Source: an uncultured Bordetella sp. (GTDB taxonomy: Bacteria; Pseudomonadota; Gammaproteobacteria; Burkholderiales; Burkholderiaceae_C). From it: a DNA stretch of 42,449 bases. Location: contig CAYFLF010000001.1 in the NCBI GenBank assembly GCA_964343725.1, positions 1-42,449 on the forward strand. The letters are read 5' to 3'. Below the pieces are notes generated by a model that saw only the letters and a list, made by a program, of their open reading frames with translations, was not told the DNA's origin and did not search any database. Both the position numbers and the translations under genes were made by a program. This document shows, one piece after another, positions 40,953-42,449 of the stretch (position 1 is the first letter of the stretch; each line of letters opens with the position of its first letter).

Positions 40953-41252
40953 ATGCATAAACTCAAAACAAACGAAATTACACAAGCATTGAAAGCCCTT
41001 GACGGGTGGACTGTTGAGCCTGACGAAATCTATATTTTTAAAGAGTTGCAGTTTCAGAGCTTTAAAAGTGCAATCGGATTTATTGTCAAAATGGCCGATA
41101 TTGCAGATCGACTAGACCATCACCCTGAGCTCTTGTCAATTTATACAAAAATTCGCATTCGACTCTCCACGCATGATGCATCCGGATTAACGCATAAAGA
41201 TTTTGAACTAGCTGCTGAAATTGACTCCTTGTATAAAAGTCAATTCCAATAA
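40953..41252 (+). CDS. Pterin-4-alpha-carbinolamine dehydratase family
   Basis: DHHPE, LSTHDASGLT..DFELAAEID. Confidence 0.9.
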   Translation: MHKLKTNEITQALKALDGWTVEPDEIYIFKELQFQSFKSAIGFIVKMADIADRLDHHPELLSIYTKIRIRLSTHDASGLTHKDFELAAEIDSLYKSQFQ

Positions 41253-41257
41253 TCTAT

Positions 41258-41914
41258 CTAGAACAACTGCATCTGCCGTGAATGCAGTAAGTAGTCAGCC
41301 ACAAACTGTGAGAGCATGAGATGGTGTCTATTCTCATGCCAATGTGGTTGCATGTATTTCTTCGTGTACCAATTTGATTGGCTTTCTAAATGACAGCCTA
41401 CTAACCCAACTGAACCTTGAATGATGGCCATGGGATCACCATTTGCATAAGTGGCTACCGTATCAAATTGACCCCCTATGAACGTCGGACCATCATAGAA
41501 ATACATTCGTTGTGTTTGACCGCGCCAAGTAACGGGTGCAGTAGTGCCATAGGATGAACGTATATCTGCACCGGATCGCTTGATATATTGCACACATCGC
41601 GTTCCTTTGAGCAAATTGAAGTAGTAGGCATCAGCCCAGTAAGCCCCCATACAAATACCCAAGTACTTACCGCCACGCTGCATAAAACTTTGAACATCAG
41701 TCAAATTAGGCTTCAAAATGCTTCTGAAAGTAGTGGCCTCACCATCTCCACCAGGAAATACAACTAAGTCAACATCATCAAAAAAGTTTTCGCTCACCTT
41801 ATGCCGCGTAAACAATTTAATTTCAGCTAACGGTGATAAAGCAGCAATCACCCCATTAACAGAGTCGGTAGAACAAGTGGGATGGTGCAAAAAAATTGCC
41901 GCAACTTTCTTCAT
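41258..41914 (-). CDS. BPL-N-like / class I glutamine amidotransferase-like protein
   Basis: VVFPGG, GGKYLGICMGAY nucleophile elbow, GCHLE. Confidence 0.75.
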   Translation of the reverse strand: MKKVAAIFLHHPTCSTDSVNGVIAALSPLAEIKLFTRHKVSENFFDDVDLVVFPGGDGEATTFRSILKPNLTDVQSFMQRGGKYLGICMGAYWADAYYFNLLKGTRCVQYIKRSGADIRSSYGTTAPVTWRGQTQRMYFYDGPTFIGGQFDTVATYANGDPMAIIQGSVGLVGCHLESQSNWYTKKYMQPHWHENRHHLMLSQFVADYLLHSRQMQLF

Positions 41915-41967
41915 ACCAGTGCACCGTCAGAACATCAAAATTGATAGTGCATGTCCCGTATATGCAT

Positions 41968-42348
41968 TTATTGAGGAATCGGCACAGAAGACCAAGACAC
42001 CATTTGCCAACCTACATCTCTTTTAGCCCAGACTTGTAAATACCGACTCATGATCACTTTTTTGTTTCCAGCGACTTCCACATTAATTCGTAGATCGCCG
42101 TTGACCAATACAACATCTCCGATCACACGGAAATTACGCTCAATCGCATCTAATCCATGGTAGATGTAATGTCCGCTTGCAAGCTTTTCGAGATATTGTT
42201 TCTTATCTTCCTTGACAGCACTAGAGTGGACATAGCTTAAATCCTCACCCATAAGAGATTCCACAGTTTTGTAATCGCAATCAAGAATTGCCTGACAACG
42301 TTTAGCCTCTAAGGCTTCGATCACTTGGATCACTTCTTTATCGCTCAT
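41968..42348 (-). CDS. NTF2-like DUF4440 protein
   Basis: LSYVHSSA..EDKKQYL, YLQVWAK...WQMV; GGAG RBS. Confidence 0.85.
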   Translation of the reverse strand: MSDKEVIQVIEALEAKRCQAILDCDYKTVESLMGEDLSYVHSSAVKEDKKQYLEKLASGHYIYHGLDAIERNFRVIGDVVLVNGDLRINVEVAGNKKVIMSRYLQVWAKRDVGWQMVSWSSVPIPQ

Positions 42349-42449
42349 AATTTAATTCTCCCGGTTGTTGATCTCAGATTATCGGTTGATTACAAAAAAG
42401 GGTAATTACCTAGCCTATTCAACAATTACATTTGTGAAACTAAGGTATG

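Noticed and set aside
41258..41914. Biotin-protein ligase
   Set aside because: Only the GATase-like N-terminal-type domain is present; no ligase catalytic domain.

Overview
Bacterial chromosomal window, gene-dense, with no rRNA, tRNA, CRISPR or mobile element seen. Three Bug/TctC receptors and the gene content suggest a Burkholderiales/Comamonadaceae-like betaproteobacterium (inference). There are four blocks. (1) 1-18388, C3-organosulfonate catabolism: a LacI regulator divergent from ABC transporter-hpsN-hpsO-divergent serC-like aminotransferase-hpsP-suyA-suyB-yeiH. Downstream on the same strand lie a succinate-dehydrogenase paralogue (order B-D-C-A), a two-subunit Fe-S hydro-lyase, LysR and a TauE exporter. 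(2) 20370-31557, phosphonate catabolism: phnW, phnR-phnA-phnY, Na/Pi transporter, EamA, phnCDE and an Fe-ADH. (3) 31572-37087: sulfatase, two Bug receptors, an MFS and a TfdA/TauD dioxygenase. (4) 37167-41252, a probable light-response locus: Rrf2, MerR/LitR-like regulator, FeS-BCP photolyase, SOUL and pterin dehydratase. The best candidate for an undescribed system is the SDH/fumarase-paralogue module, whose altered active-site motifs suggest a 'sulfonate copy' of succinate->fumarate->malate (3-sulfopropionate->sulfoacrylate->(R)-sulfolactate) feeding SuyAB. The second candidate is a SerC paralogue that has lost its phosphate-binding His-Arg pair and is inserted in the hps operon. All assignments come from motif recognition by eye; no searches were run.
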